A stretch of 64,000 nucleotides of DNA from a virus. Its lineage: Duplodnaviria; Caudoviricetes. Made by a program: the position numbers and the translations under genes. Shown here piece by piece: positions 53,721 through 64,000 of this stretch (the first letter of the stretch is position 1; each line of letters begins with the position of its first letter). The notes beneath the pieces were generated by a model. It did no database searches and was not told the DNA's origin. It worked only from the letters and a program-made list of their open reading frames with translations. The stretch is taken from IMG/VR virus record IMGVR_UViG_3300047551_002158; one strand, given 5' to 3'.

Positions 53721-56645
53721 ATGGCATATATACAACCCAAAAATTTAACATTAAATTTAATAAAAAAACAGACTGTTAAAGTAGAGAAACTTGTAGGAGA
53801 AAAATATAAAATCAAAGATACTTCTATTAAGAAGCAAAGATTCTTAAATGAACGAAAAAGATTTGAAGATAAAGAAAGAAAAATTGAGGATAGGGGTGAT
53901 AGTGATGAAAAACAAGTCTCAAATAAGATGCCAGTTCCAAAACTGGGATTTCTTGATGTAGTTAAAAATTTCTTATTTAAAGTTTTATTAGGTGCTTTTG
54001 CTATTAAGTTGTTACCACAGTTACCAAAACTAAAGGGGCTGCTGATTGGTGCAATGAAGTTTAGTGAATTTATTCTTCAGTTTGCTGGTTCATTATTAAA
54101 TGCTTTAGTGACTTTTGTTGATAAAGTATATAAAATTGTTGATTTTGGAAAGCAGCAAGCAAAACTTTTGGGTGGTGATGCTGGATTAAAGAATTATAAT
54201 AAAACTCTTGATTTAGCAAATAAGGTAATGAATTCTATGTTCATTGCTGGTATGCTGTTCTCTGATCTTGTTGAAAGTGATGCGAAAGGATCAGTGATGC
54301 AACAAGGAGTTGATGCTATAAAGGATAGAGTAATTCAGCAAGGAGCACAAAGAGCAGCACAACAAGCAGCAATAAGAGGTGCTGCACAATTTGGTGCTCG
54401 TGCTGCTGCTGGAACTATTGCTGGTGTTGGTTTAATATCTTCTGCTTTGGGTGAAGGGGCATTTCAACTTAGAAAGTTTACACTAAAAATTCAAAAGGAT
54501 GCAGATGAAGCTTATGTTGAAGCATTGAAAGATAAAAATCCATTTATGAGATTTATTAAGAGTGCGTTTTATGGTGGTTTTGTGAGACCTGGAATGATGT
54601 TTACCAATTACTTATTGAATGGATTGGGAACATTATTGGATGTTGTAGGTGCCCCATTTAGATATGCCGTAGAATTGATTAATTATGGTATTATGTTATT
54701 GACTGGCGATGCTGAAGGAATAAAAAAACAAAGAGAAAATCTTGGCAAATTTGATGCAAGAATTCGTGAACAAATAAGAGAGATGGTGAATACTCTTAGT
54801 TTTGGAACTCTTGCAAAAGAAAGAGGATCATTTGGAAGTTTGTTTGGTAGTGATGCAACAAAGGCAATGGGTTATGCTCAAGGTGGTGAAGTTAGTCGTG
54901 GTGGTGTTTATGCTGGAGCAGTTACGCGAACAGTTGGAAAGACTGCAAAAGCAAAAAGAGTTGTTTCGGTTCCAACTGCACCATTGCAACCAGGATCTGA
55001 TGTTGGTGGAACACTTCCATATGGACAAGAGAAGGTATCAAAAATAGAAACATTTTATCCAAATCCAACTGATCCCGGAACAGTCAGTTCTTACAGATAT
55101 TTGAAAAGTGCATATGATATTGCTGGTGCCACTAAGTTTCTTCATCCATTACTTGAAATAACTATCAAAGTTTTATTTGGAGACAAACCACCAGAAAGTG
55201 ATTTTAAAGCAGTTGGTGCTGGATTAAACAATTTTATAAATGATATTTTAGATACAACTAAAGTTCCTGGAAAAGATATTTCGATAAGTGATCAAACTGG
55301 ACCTGTTGATATTTCAAATTGGGTTTCCAGTATTGCAAAAAGTTCTATGATGAATCCTATAAATTCCATCTTATCTAATTTAATAGTGCAACTTACTCTT
55401 AAGAAGAGTAGTGCGACTGGCAAAGAACAAAAACAGCAGACTGGTGGTGGAGGTGGAGGAACTGAAAATCCTTTAGCACAATTTGGAGGAGAAGCACAAT
55501 TTGTAATTGGTGATAGTATTGCTCACGGATTTGCTGGAAGATCTGGTAGTGGATCCGAAAGTGGAGATACAATGGTTGGTAGAAATGCTGCTGCAGTGCT
55601 TGCAATTTTAAAAGCAAAAGGTGATGCATTAAAGGGTGCTTTGATTGATCTATCAACAGGTATTGCAAATTCAACAGCAGATTTTAATTCGGTTGAGGAG
55701 CAATTAAAGTACTTAAAGTCTATTGGAGTAAGAGCTAGAATTCTTGGTGTTGGTAATGAATTTAGTAAATCAAAAGGTGGAATTAATGAAAAACTTGCAC
55801 AACTTGCAAGTAAGTATGGATTCTACTTTTATGGTGGGTATAAGGGAGGAAAAGATAAGCTCCACGGAACTGATGAAGATTATACTAATTTGAAATCGAA
55901 GAGAGAAAAAGAAACTGCTGCTGGTCTAAAAGCAGGTTCAATCCCACAAGGAAACATCAGTATGTCTCAATTAGTTCAACTTGCAACTGCTGCTGGATTT
56001 GCTCAAAATGAAATACCAACAATGGTGGCAATTGCAATGGCAGAATCTGGAGGAAATTCCAGAGCACATAATCCTGTTCCTCCTGATAATTCTTATGGAT
56101 TGTGGCAGATTAATATGATTGATACTCTGGGTCCTGATAGAAGAAAAAGATATGGACTTTCTTCTAATGAAGAACTTTTTGATCCTGCAACTAATGCCAG
56201 AGTTGCAAAAAGGATTCGTGACGAACAAGGATTGACTGCTTGGACAACCTATTCTGGTGGTGCTTATAAGAAGTTTTTATCTATGGTACAAATGCCATCT
56301 AAACAACAAGGTGGTCCAGTTTATAAAACTGAAGAAGTATTAACTCATCCAGGAGAATATATCATTGATGCTGATTCTGTAAAACTTTTTGGAATTAATT
56401 TTTATGATATTATTAATAAAGTAGAAACAGCATCTCAAAGAAAGAACGCCGCAGATTCTTTGGTTTCTATTCTCAGTCAATATACTGAGGATGGATATCC
56501 AGAAACTGAAGATGATTATACTTATGAGGTTCCTGAAAGTTCAACTGTAACTGTTATCCCGCCAGAGATTATTCCTATAAGTGGTGGATCTTCTGGATTT
56601 GGTGGAGGTGGAGAAGATCCATCTCAAGATGGACTTTATATGTAG
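53721..56645 (+). CDS. Tape-measure-like protein 3 with SGNH-like and lytic transglycosylase domains
   Basis: VIGDSIA..STG.AN..DKLH (SGNH-like); AIAMAESGG, YGLWQIN, FDPATNA, AWTTY (SLT). Confidence 0.78.
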   Translation: MAYIQPKNLTLNLIKKQTVKVEKLVGEKYKIKDTSIKKQRFLNERKRFEDKERKIEDRGDSDEKQVSNKMPVPKLGFLDVVKNFLFKVLLGAFAIKLLPQLPKLKGLLIGAMKFSEFILQFAGSLLNALVTFVDKVYKIVDFGKQQAKLLGGDAGLKNYNKTLDLANKVMNSMFIAGMLFSDLVESDAKGSVMQQGVDAIKDRVIQQGAQRAAQQAAIRGAAQFGARAAAGTIAGVGLISSALGEGAFQLRKFTLKIQKDADEAYVEALKDKNPFMRFIKSAFYGGFVRPGMMFTNYLLNGLGTLLDVVGAPFRYAVELINYGIMLLTGDAEGIKKQRENLGKFDARIREQIREMVNTLSFGTLAKERGSFGSLFGSDATKAMGYAQGGEVSRGGVYAGAVTRTVGKTAKAKRVVSVPTAPLQPGSDVGGTLPYGQEKVSKIETFYPNPTDPGTVSSYRYLKSAYDIAGATKFLHPLLEITIKVLFGDKPPESDFKAVGAGLNNFINDILDTTKVPGKDISISDQTGPVDISNWVSSIAKSSMMNPINSILSNLIVQLTLKKSSATGKEQKQQTGGGGGGTENPLAQFGGEAQFVIGDSIAHGFAGRSGSGSESGDTMVGRNAAAVLAILKAKGDALKGALIDLSTGIANSTADFNSVEEQLKYLKSIGVRARILGVGNEFSKSKGGINEKLAQLASKYGFYFYGGYKGGKDKLHGTDEDYTNLKSKREKETAAGLKAGSIPQGNISMSQLVQLATAAGFAQNEIPTMVAIAMAESGGNSRAHNPVPPDNSYGLWQINMIDTLGPDRRKRYGLSSNEELFDPATNARVAKRIRDEQGLTAWTTYSGGAYKKFLSMVQMPSKQQGGPVYKTEEVLTHPGEYIIDADSVKLFGINFYDIINKVETASQRKNAADSLVSILSQYTEDGYPETEDDYTYEVPESSTVTVIPPEIIPISGGSSGFGGGGEDPSQDGLYM

Positions 56646-56672
56646 TAAATAGTATATAAGACAAAGTAAGAT

Positions 56673-58067
56673 ATGGCTAATACACCAATCACTGCTGCCC
56701 AATCTAAAGACTATAATATTGCAAAGTGTCTTATTACTTCAAATGACCAGAAGAATAAGAAAGATATATCGACAATCATCAGTGATTTGTACTATTATGA
56801 AAGTATATTGAGTCCAAATATAAAAGTTGATTTGATTTATGTTGAAACTGGTAAAACTGTTGAAGCGGATGGGGGACTTAAAACTTTAATTGAGGGAATG
56901 CCATTGGTTGGAACTGAAAAAACCGAACTTAAAATATCAGATCCAAATGAAGAAGAAATTGAAGTTGAATTATATGTCGATAATATAAAACCATTGACGC
57001 AAGATACACAGAAAACTGCTGTTGGATTGAAATTAGTTTCTAAAGAATCTATATTAAATTATAAAACAGTCTTAAACACCAGATTTGATGGAAAAATATC
57101 AGATCATATTAAAAAAATATTGACAGAACAAACTTATCTTGGAACTAAAAAAGAATTGGATATTGAAGAAACAGAGAATAATTATAACTTTATAGGAAAT
57201 AATCGTAGACCATTTTATGTTTTGCTTTGGTTAGCAAGAAAATCTGTACCAAAAACACAAAAAGCAAAGGGAAATAGTGCGGGATTTTTCTTTTTTGAAA
57301 CTTCTCAGGGATTTAAATTCAAATCAATAGAAGGTCTTCTATCAGAAACTGATCCCAGTGGTGGGAAGAAGGAGTATAAAAGTTTTGTAAATAACCAAAC
57401 ACCTGATGGTAGAGGTGCAACAATTCCTGAAGGATATTCGGGAAAGGTATTGGAACATAATGTTGAGACTGCTACCGGAGATGTTCAATCTAAGTTAGAG
57501 ATTGGAACATATTCCACCAGAACTATTTTATTTGATCCATTTACGGGTTATTATGAAGTTGTTACGCCAAATGCAAGTGCTGATGGAGGAAAACCTGGAG
57601 CAGAAAGCAATCTCCAAAAAGCAGGAAAAGAACTTCCAAAGTATAATAAAGAGTTTAATCGAACAGAAAATAATAAGGATTTTTCCAGAACTCAATATAT
57701 GCTAATTGATAAAGGTTCTCTTCCAACAGGAGACACTCAACAACAGATTGAAAAGTCAAAAGAAGAAAACTTTGATCCAAAAAATGTTTTGAATCAATCT
57801 GTAATGAGATACAATCAATTCTTCTCAACCAAAGTTACTATCACAATTACGGCAGACTTTAGTTTACACGCAGGAGATTTAATTTTCGTAGATTCTCCTG
57901 AGTTGTCCAACAAAGATACTCAAGAATACAACCAACAATTTGGTGGATTTTATGTAATTGCAGAACTATGTCATTACATAAGTTTATCTCAAGGTGGATA
58001 TACAAAACTAACTTTAGTCAGAGATTCTGTTGGAAAGAAGGGAACTCCAAATTATAATGCAATATAA
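56673..58067 (+). CDS. Baseplate hub/tail protein (gp27-like)
   Basis: YYESILSP, FFFFETSQGFKFKSI, LHAGDLI, GGFYVIAELCH; position before gp5. Confidence 0.62.
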   Translation: MANTPITAAQSKDYNIAKCLITSNDQKNKKDISTIISDLYYYESILSPNIKVDLIYVETGKTVEADGGLKTLIEGMPLVGTEKTELKISDPNEEEIEVELYVDNIKPLTQDTQKTAVGLKLVSKESILNYKTVLNTRFDGKISDHIKKILTEQTYLGTKKELDIEETENNYNFIGNNRRPFYVLLWLARKSVPKTQKAKGNSAGFFFFETSQGFKFKSIEGLLSETDPSGGKKEYKSFVNNQTPDGRGATIPEGYSGKVLEHNVETATGDVQSKLEIGTYSTRTILFDPFTGYYEVVTPNASADGGKPGAESNLQKAGKELPKYNKEFNRTENNKDFSRTQYMLIDKGSLPTGDTQQQIEKSKEENFDPKNVLNQSVMRYNQFFSTKVTITITADFSLHAGDLIFVDSPELSNKDTQEYNQQFGGFYVIAELCHYISLSQGGYTKLTLVRDSVGKKGTPNYNAI

Positions 58068-58104
58068 AGTTGTTAAATAGTAGTATCAAATAATAACGCT
58101 AACT

Positions 58105-58317
58105 ATGGACAGCGTAGAAAAGCATATTGAACACGATAAACAAATTCTTGATGATCCATTGGTATCCTCTCAAGCAAGAAGACATACTCAAGAAGAATTA
58201 GAGGCACTTGAAAGATGGGTAGAAACTCATCCAGAAGATCATCACGATCCAACTTCTCTGGAATTATATTGCAATGATAATCCAGATGCCCTTGAATGTA
58301 GAATGTATGACGATTAA
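58105..58317 (+). CDS. cp12: CP12 Calvin-cycle inhibitor
   Basis: C-terminal LELYCNDNPDALECRMYDD; lacks the N-terminal Cys pair, like picocyanobacterial and phage CP12. Confidence 0.9.
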   Translation: MDSVEKHIEHDKQILDDPLVSSQARRHTQEELEALERWVETHPEDHHDPTSLELYCNDNPDALECRMYDD

Positions 58318-60110
58318 TGACTGAAGGAACTTTATTTAACTCAGGTTTTCTTGGCGCAAGTTTTAGTTGGTGGATTGGACAGATTGCTGCCGATTCCACT
58401 TGGCGAGATAATATGCTTGCCGGAAAATTTGAAAGTAAAGATCAAATTCCCGGATGGGGTCGTCGTTATAAAGTTCGCATCATAGGTCTTCACGATCAAG
58501 GAGAAACTGAAGTTCCTTCAGATCAACTTCCTTGGGCTCAATTGATGTATCCTGTGACCGCTGGTGGTGGTCAAACAAATGCGGGTGCAACACCAAACCT
58601 AAGACAAGGAATGTTTGTCTTTGGTTTCTTCCTTGATGGACAGGAGCAACAAGTTCCTGTGATTATGGGAGTTCTTGGGAATAATGCTCAGACAGAACTT
58701 GCAACGAAGATTGGTGATAACCGAGTAACGAATACTCAACCAGGAAGTCTTGCAACAAGTGGATATGCAACTCCTGCAGATGGAAATAAGGATCCAAATG
58801 CAAAAGTTCCTGATGATGGACTTGTAATTAATAAACCAAAATCTAAAGAACAATCTGAAGAATGTGCTCCTGCACCACCTGGGGTGTCTACAAATGAGTT
58901 TGGATTAAGAGCAGACAAATCTTTAACCTCAACTCAATTCAGAGATCAGCAAAGTGCTATTGCAGAAGCAGAGGCAAGAGGTCTAACTGGTACTGAAAGA
59001 AGTAATTTTATACAACAATCAGTTGCTTCGGGAATTAAAGCAAGGTGTCAGGAAGCAAATTCTCCAACTTCCCCATCTCAACCTGGAGCAACAAAAGAAA
59101 ATGTTGATGCAGTTCACGAGCAATCAAAAGCAGATGTAACCAGAAACGATTATTATAGTAAAAAGACTGTAATGATGTCTCCTTGTGATGTACCGGGTTC
59201 TGCATTAAAAGGTGTTCAAACTGCTATTGAAAATCTTACGAAGGATATTGATAAAATTCTGAATGCTGCTGAAAGTTATGTTGATGCAGTTTCGAATACT
59301 TTGGGTGGTGACATTGATGCTTTGATCGGAAAATTTTCAAAGGAAATTTCCAAGTATATGAAAGTAGTCTTTGATAAGATTATGGAATTTACCACAAAAT
59401 TAATTAATAAAGCAATTGCCCCAACAGTGGATTTAATTCCACCAAATATGAGGAACAGACTTTTTGATGTTAAGACAAAGATAACCGAATTGATATCTTG
59501 TTTGTTTAGTAAAATAACAAATGCATTGGGTGGACAAATACAAGGATTGTTGAATGATCAATTAAGCAAAGAACTGCCACCAAAAGAAGATTCTCCCAGT
59601 GGTAATCCAATTGCTAAAACTCCAACCACTCCAATTTGTTCTGTTGAAAAACTAACAGGTGATTTAATCTCATTAAATTTAAATGATATAACTACTGGAG
59701 TAGATGGCATAGTAAATAATGTAAATAATTTACTCAAAGATATTCAATCCGAAATAGGGGAAGTTAGTGATGCTGTATCCTCTGCCACAAGTATGATTGG
59801 AGATATTAGTGGAAGCATTACTTCTGCATTAAGTTTTGAAAATCTTACATTAAATATATTTGGTTGTGATCTGAAACCAAATTGTCCCGCATCTGATTTT
59901 TATACTCTTCAAACTGGAAGTGGTGCTGCAGAAGATCCACAACAACCAAGACCTGCAGAAGTTGATAAAGCAGCACAACAACCAACAGCACCAGTTCAAT
60001 CAACTGAAACTCCTTATGCTCCACCAAGTCAAAATCAACCAGATGTTGACTTTGGAACAAGAGAAGAAGCGGTACAGGCAGTTCAGTCTGGTCAGGTATC
60101 CTTTTACTAA
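58317..60110 (+). CDS. gp5: Baseplate hub/puncturing protein gp5-like (N-terminal OB fold, no recognisable lysozyme domain)
   Basis: WWIGQI, RYKVRIIGLH, LPWAQLMYP, VFGFFLDG..QVPVIMG. Confidence 0.82.
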   Translation: MTEGTLFNSGFLGASFSWWIGQIAADSTWRDNMLAGKFESKDQIPGWGRRYKVRIIGLHDQGETEVPSDQLPWAQLMYPVTAGGGQTNAGATPNLRQGMFVFGFFLDGQEQQVPVIMGVLGNNAQTELATKIGDNRVTNTQPGSLATSGYATPADGNKDPNAKVPDDGLVINKPKSKEQSEECAPAPPGVSTNEFGLRADKSLTSTQFRDQQSAIAEAEARGLTGTERSNFIQQSVASGIKARCQEANSPTSPSQPGATKENVDAVHEQSKADVTRNDYYSKKTVMMSPCDVPGSALKGVQTAIENLTKDIDKILNAAESYVDAVSNTLGGDIDALIGKFSKEISKYMKVVFDKIMEFTTKLINKAIAPTVDLIPPNMRNRLFDVKTKITELISCLFSKITNALGGQIQGLLNDQLSKELPPKEDSPSGNPIAKTPTTPICSVEKLTGDLISLNLNDITTGVDGIVNNVNNLLKDIQSEIGEVSDAVSSATSMIGDISGSITSALSFENLTLNIFGCDLKPNCPASDFYTLQTGSGAAEDPQQPRPAEVDKAAQQPTAPVQSTETPYAPPSQNQPDVDFGTREEAVQAVQSGQVSFY

Positions 60111-60132
60111 ATATCAATAACTAAAAGGGAAT

Positions 60133-63100
60133 ATGTCTTTTAATTTATCAGCAGCACCTATTAAAGAAGACATTAAGGTTGGATACATTGATCCAGTCTT
60201 AGGATATGTTGATGGTGTTACTATTTGCGAAGCAAATCAATATGCTAAAGATAATCCTGGAACTACTTTTATTTTTAAAAATGGAGATAATAATCTTCAG
60301 TATTTGAATATTAATGAGGTTAATCAATTAACTCCAAAAGATTTATTTTCCACAAAGTCTGATGAGTGTGGTGGAATTCAGCAATACAAAGAGTGTGGTC
60401 CTCCCAGAGTTCAGTTTTTTGGTGGAGGTGGAGTTGGAGCAGTAGGAAATCCTGTAGTGGGTTTAGATGGTTCTCTACTTGCTGTTGATCTTGTGAGTGG
60501 TGGAAATGGATATCAGTATCCTCCACTTGTTGCTGCAAGAGATGATTGTCAGTTTGGAAATGGTGCAGTTCTCAAATCTGTTTTGGGAGAAACTCCAGAT
60601 CAAACTGAAGTTTATGAGGGAGAAGAAGACTTTGAAGAATATGAATTATGTGATAATGCTGAGGTTAGTTTTGGACTTAAGTATGGTGCTGATGGAGAAC
60701 CTATAGGTGAATGGGATCCAGACGCTTATACTCAGGAACCCAATGCAGATCCTATACAAAGAGAAATTGAAATATTTCAAAAGGTTTTAGAAAGACCATT
60801 TTGGACTACAAGAAAAAAACAGCCAGATAGAATTAATGCTGAAAATAAGCAGTATGAAAGATCATATAAAGTAACTCATCCAGAATGGAATGAGTTTATG
60901 AATGAATATGCAGTTTCTCCAGTCAAACCCTCAGAAACAACGGGAACTGATGAGGCTGGTAAAGTTTTTACTATAGAGTGGGAACATAATTTTCCTATAA
61001 CAGGAGAATATATTTTTAGAGGTCTTTGTGACAACAAGGCAGAAGTTTTTATTGATGATGCTAAAGTTGGAGATTTAAAACCATTTAATCAGGATCCAAA
61101 ACCATTCCAATCAACAATTCAGGAAGGGAATCATATTATTAAAGTGGAGTTATTTAACACTCCAGATGAGGTCAATTCTGGTTCTGGATCTTTGCCTGCT
61201 AAGTTTATCATTCAAAATTCTGTTGCCTATTTGCAAGTTGATGGTACTGGAACTGGACAAGTATCCTTTTCAATGAATGTTGATGACAACCCAAATATTG
61301 CTGGACTTGCTGCTAAAGAAGTTGTTATTCCTTCAGATAGTGGAAATATTTCATTAAGAAGAGACATATCAAAAGAAAAAGATAGTGATAGTGGTTCTGG
61401 AACCTTTACTGGTGGTAAGACGTATGGACCAATTCAGATTATAGGTGCTGCATCTGGTGCTCAAAGTCCAATTATTAGTAAGAGTGGTGCAAATACTCTT
61501 GCATTAAGAGATTCTGATGGAGACGATGAGAATATTACGATTACAGTATCTTCAGTATCTTCAGTTACTTCGTCTACAGAAAAAGTAATATCTCCAAAAT
61601 CTTGGCAAGAAAATCCTATGGGTGTTTCTATGATTATAGAACCACCAGAACCAACTGTTCCCCAGGAACAACCACCAGAGCAAACTGGAAAGTGTCCTCC
61701 AAATCCGATTTGGTCTACCAGATTTCCTGGATCTTCTGAAAAGTGGTATCCTGTAAGGTATACTCGCTATGAATTCAGGCAAGGACCAAATGATACAAAT
61801 CCTGGAGTATTGGGGGCAACTGCGATTAATAATGCTCTTTCGGATGGATTGACTACTGAACAAATTAGGGCAGAAGCGGAAAAACAAGGACTTAAATTTA
61901 ATGAAAATGCATCATCAATTCTGAGTGCAACTCCTTCTGCTTCAACATCTTCCAATAGTTCTGGCGGAGTGTGGAGTGATTTTATGAATCGATATGCACT
62001 ATCACCAGTTCTTCCGCTTGACACTCCAGGGAGTGATTCTTCTGGAGTTACTTTTACAAACTCTTGGGACATTGATCTTCCCTATGCTGGATTTTATGGC
62101 GTCAAAGGTGCGATAGACAATACTGGAAGAGTATTAATTGATGGAGTAGAAATATCTAAATTAGACAATCCATCTTCCGATAATCCAGAAATAACGAAAG
62201 TCCCTTTAACCAAAGGAAAACATACAATAACAATAGAGGTATCAAATAATCCAGTTGAGACTCAATCCAAAATAACCAATAAAATTTTTAATACTAAGGA
62301 TTGGAGAGTTGCATCTCCTTCTTCTTCATCTTCTTTAACCGCCAAATTTATTATTCAAAATTCGAATGCTTACTTACAAGTTGATGGAACTGGATCTGGT
62401 GAAATATCTCTTTCAATGGATGTTGATGATAATCCAAATATTGCTGGACTTGCCGCTAAAGAAATTATAATTCCTGCAGATAATGGTAGCATAAGTTTAA
62501 AAAGAGATGAACTTAAGCAAAAAGATAATTCTAACGGAACTGGAACTTTTACTGCTGGTAAGAAATATGGACCAATTCAAATTATAGGTGCTGGTCCTGC
62601 TGCCAGAGGTCCAATTGTTAGTAGCTCAAACCGATTGGGTATTAGAGATGCTGATGGTGACGATGAAAATATAAAGATTACGATTGGTAGTATAACTTCA
62701 TCTTCCCCATCAACACAGACATCTCAAAGTCCAACAAAAAATGGTGTTACTTATGAGGGACCAACTATCTTTGGTTGGACTGATAGTAGGTGGAGCAAAT
62801 TTATGAATAATGCTTCAGTATCTCCGAAGGTTTTTGGTTCCACAGGTGATCCTGATGAAAGAGTTGTTGGAAAATATACTTTAGCGTGGAAAAATGTAAA
62901 TTTTCCAGAAACTGGAATTTATAAATTTGCATTCCAAGCAGATAACGTCGCATCATTTTCTGTAGGTGGAAAGAAAATTTATGAGACAACTGACTTTATT
63001 GGAGACAAAGTTCAATATACATTCAACATCACGCAAGGGAAATATGATATTGTAATCGAATTGGAGAACAAAAAGACTGATAAAGGCGGTGATGATGATT

Positions 63101-63864
63101 TTACGTTCTCGAAAAATCCTATGGGGGTTGCTCTTTCTATTACCAGAGACACTCTTGTTGGTGATAGCGGAAAAACTTCTTGGAAAGTTAACCCTATGGC
63201 AATTTCTGCCATTCTTATTCCACCTCCTTGTGCCAAAAAAATTGGAGGTAAGGGTGTAGTTGAAAAAGTAATTGTTGAGGATCCTGGGAATGGATATTTA
63301 CCACCACAAGGTAATGGATATCCTGCAACTCTTGTCCTGGATCAAGTAATTGTAGAGAATCCCGGAATTAATTATAGTTGTGGGCAAGATCAAATAAGAA
63401 TTGTTCCAAGCAATGGGGCGGAGCTTTCTTATAATTGCGATTCTTTTGGTAGAATTAATTCTGTAAATGTATTAAATCCAGGCGTTGGATTTAACATCTA
63501 TCCTGAAATTAGTCTTCCATCAGAGACTGGAGTGAATGCATCTTTTAGACCAGTATTTCGTGTTGTTAGAGATCCACTTCTTCCTCCAGATAAACTTATT
63601 CAAGTTGTTGACCTGGTTGGTCTTAAGCAAACTGGATATGTGGATGGAAGAGCATACTATGGTGCTGTTTACTATGATCAAGGTATTCCATATGCAGGAT
63701 ATTATAAGACTGCTGGAACTCAGGTAAGAGTTTATGCAACTCTTCAAGAAAGTATTACGGCTCAGGTCACTACTCCTGCGAGTGCTATTCAGAGATCTGG
63801 TACTGATATTACAAGTAACGATCCAAGACTTAATATTCCAGGAACTCCAGAGTCAACAACATAA
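60133..63864 (+). CDS. Large virion structural protein with PA14-like domains
   Basis: FPITGEYIF..CDN..VFID..GNHIIKVEL-type repeats; internal duplication; CTAAATA upstream. Confidence 0.7.
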   Translation: MSFNLSAAPIKEDIKVGYIDPVLGYVDGVTICEANQYAKDNPGTTFIFKNGDNNLQYLNINEVNQLTPKDLFSTKSDECGGIQQYKECGPPRVQFFGGGGVGAVGNPVVGLDGSLLAVDLVSGGNGYQYPPLVAARDDCQFGNGAVLKSVLGETPDQTEVYEGEEDFEEYELCDNAEVSFGLKYGADGEPIGEWDPDAYTQEPNADPIQREIEIFQKVLERPFWTTRKKQPDRINAENKQYERSYKVTHPEWNEFMNEYAVSPVKPSETTGTDEAGKVFTIEWEHNFPITGEYIFRGLCDNKAEVFIDDAKVGDLKPFNQDPKPFQSTIQEGNHIIKVELFNTPDEVNSGSGSLPAKFIIQNSVAYLQVDGTGTGQVSFSMNVDDNPNIAGLAAKEVVIPSDSGNISLRRDISKEKDSDSGSGTFTGGKTYGPIQIIGAASGAQSPIISKSGANTLALRDSDGDDENITITVSSVSSVTSSTEKVISPKSWQENPMGVSMIIEPPEPTVPQEQPPEQTGKCPPNPIWSTRFPGSSEKWYPVRYTRYEFRQGPNDTNPGVLGATAINNALSDGLTTEQIRAEAEKQGLKFNENASSILSATPSASTSSNSSGGVWSDFMNRYALSPVLPLDTPGSDSSGVTFTNSWDIDLPYAGFYGVKGAIDNTGRVLIDGVEISKLDNPSSDNPEITKVPLTKGKHTITIEVSNNPVETQSKITNKIFNTKDWRVASPSSSSSLTAKFIIQNSNAYLQVDGTGSGEISLSMDVDDNPNIAGLAAKEIIIPADNGSISLKRDELKQKDNSNGTGTFTAGKKYGPIQIIGAGPAARGPIVSSSNRLGIRDADGDDENIKITIGSITSSSPSTQTSQSPTKNGVTYEGPTIFGWTDSRWSKFMNNASVSPKVFGSTGDPDERVVGKYTLAWKNVNFPETGIYKFAFQADNVASFSVGGKKIYETTDFIGDKVQYTFNITQGKYDIVIELENKKTDKGGDDDFTFSKNPMGVALSITRDTLVGDSGKTSWKVNPMAISAILIPPPCAKKIGGKGVVEKVIVEDPGNGYLPPQGNGYPATLVLDQVIVENPGINYSCGQDQIRIVPSNGAELSYNCDSFGRINSVNVLNPGVGFNIYPEISLPSETGVNASFRPVFRVVRDPLLPPDKLIQVVDLVGLKQTGYVDGRAYYGAVYYDQGIPYAGYYKTAGTQVRVYATLQESITAQVTTPASAIQRSGTDITSNDPRLNIPGTPESTT

Positions 63865-63906
63865 TAAATTAAAGTGATTAAATAGTAGTATATTGATTTT
63901 TCAATA

Positions 63907-64000
63907 ATGGCGACTGCTCAAAATAGTAATAATACAAAACTTGGAACTCCACCGAAGGCGGGTAGGGAAGAACTTGCTGCTGGAAATGTTTCTGGAAATA
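63907..64000 (+). CDS. Start of the next late gene (truncated by the window end)
   Basis: MATAQNSNNTKLGTPPK...; TTAAATA upstream. Confidence 0.6.
   Translation, partial: MATAQNSNNTKLGTPPKAGREELAAGNVSGN

Noticed and set aside
1-64000. tRNA or rRNA genes
   Set aside because: No cloverleaf with T-loop and D-loop consensus was recognised in the intergenic gaps by eye; a tRNAscan-SE run would settle it

Overview
This window is a 64-kb segment of a T4-like cyanomyovirus (Kyanoviridae-type) genome. The host is probably a freshwater picocyanobacterium (inferred from psbA without an adjacent psbD, a Som-type porin, and hli, cp12, talC and gnd). Layout: (1) 1-7236, a translationally coupled glycan-modification operon with NAD synthetase and a nucleotide-sugar dehydrogenase; (2) 7330-11514, host-derived auxiliary genes (SLH-porin, pstS, two hli, peroxiredoxin); (3) 11575-14196, a lysis/accessory block (C39-like peptidase, lysozyme, PilZ-like protein, and on the minus strand a thermonuclease, a stand-alone IF2 C-terminal fragment and small membrane/basic peptides); (4) 14268-23730, a fibre module with a proline-poor collagen-like protein and three paralogous glycine-rich proteins; (5) 23772-29557, a second glycan/methylation cluster; (6) 29760-38462, psbA, an EndoVII-type homing endonuclease, talC, gnd, a Pro/Asp repeat protein, glutaredoxin, speD, and an NtcA-box/glutamine-riboswitch/DUF4278 unit; (7) 38531-64000, T4-like core genes (thyX, phoH, gp33, gp59, gp32, gp53, gp48, gp2, gp4, gp54-like, gp26, gp51, three tape-measure-like proteins carrying peptidoglycan hydrolases, cp12, gp5, a PA14-type virion protein). 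No tRNA, CRISPR array, intron or reverse transcriptase was seen. All family assignments come from motif recognition by eye, not from database searches.
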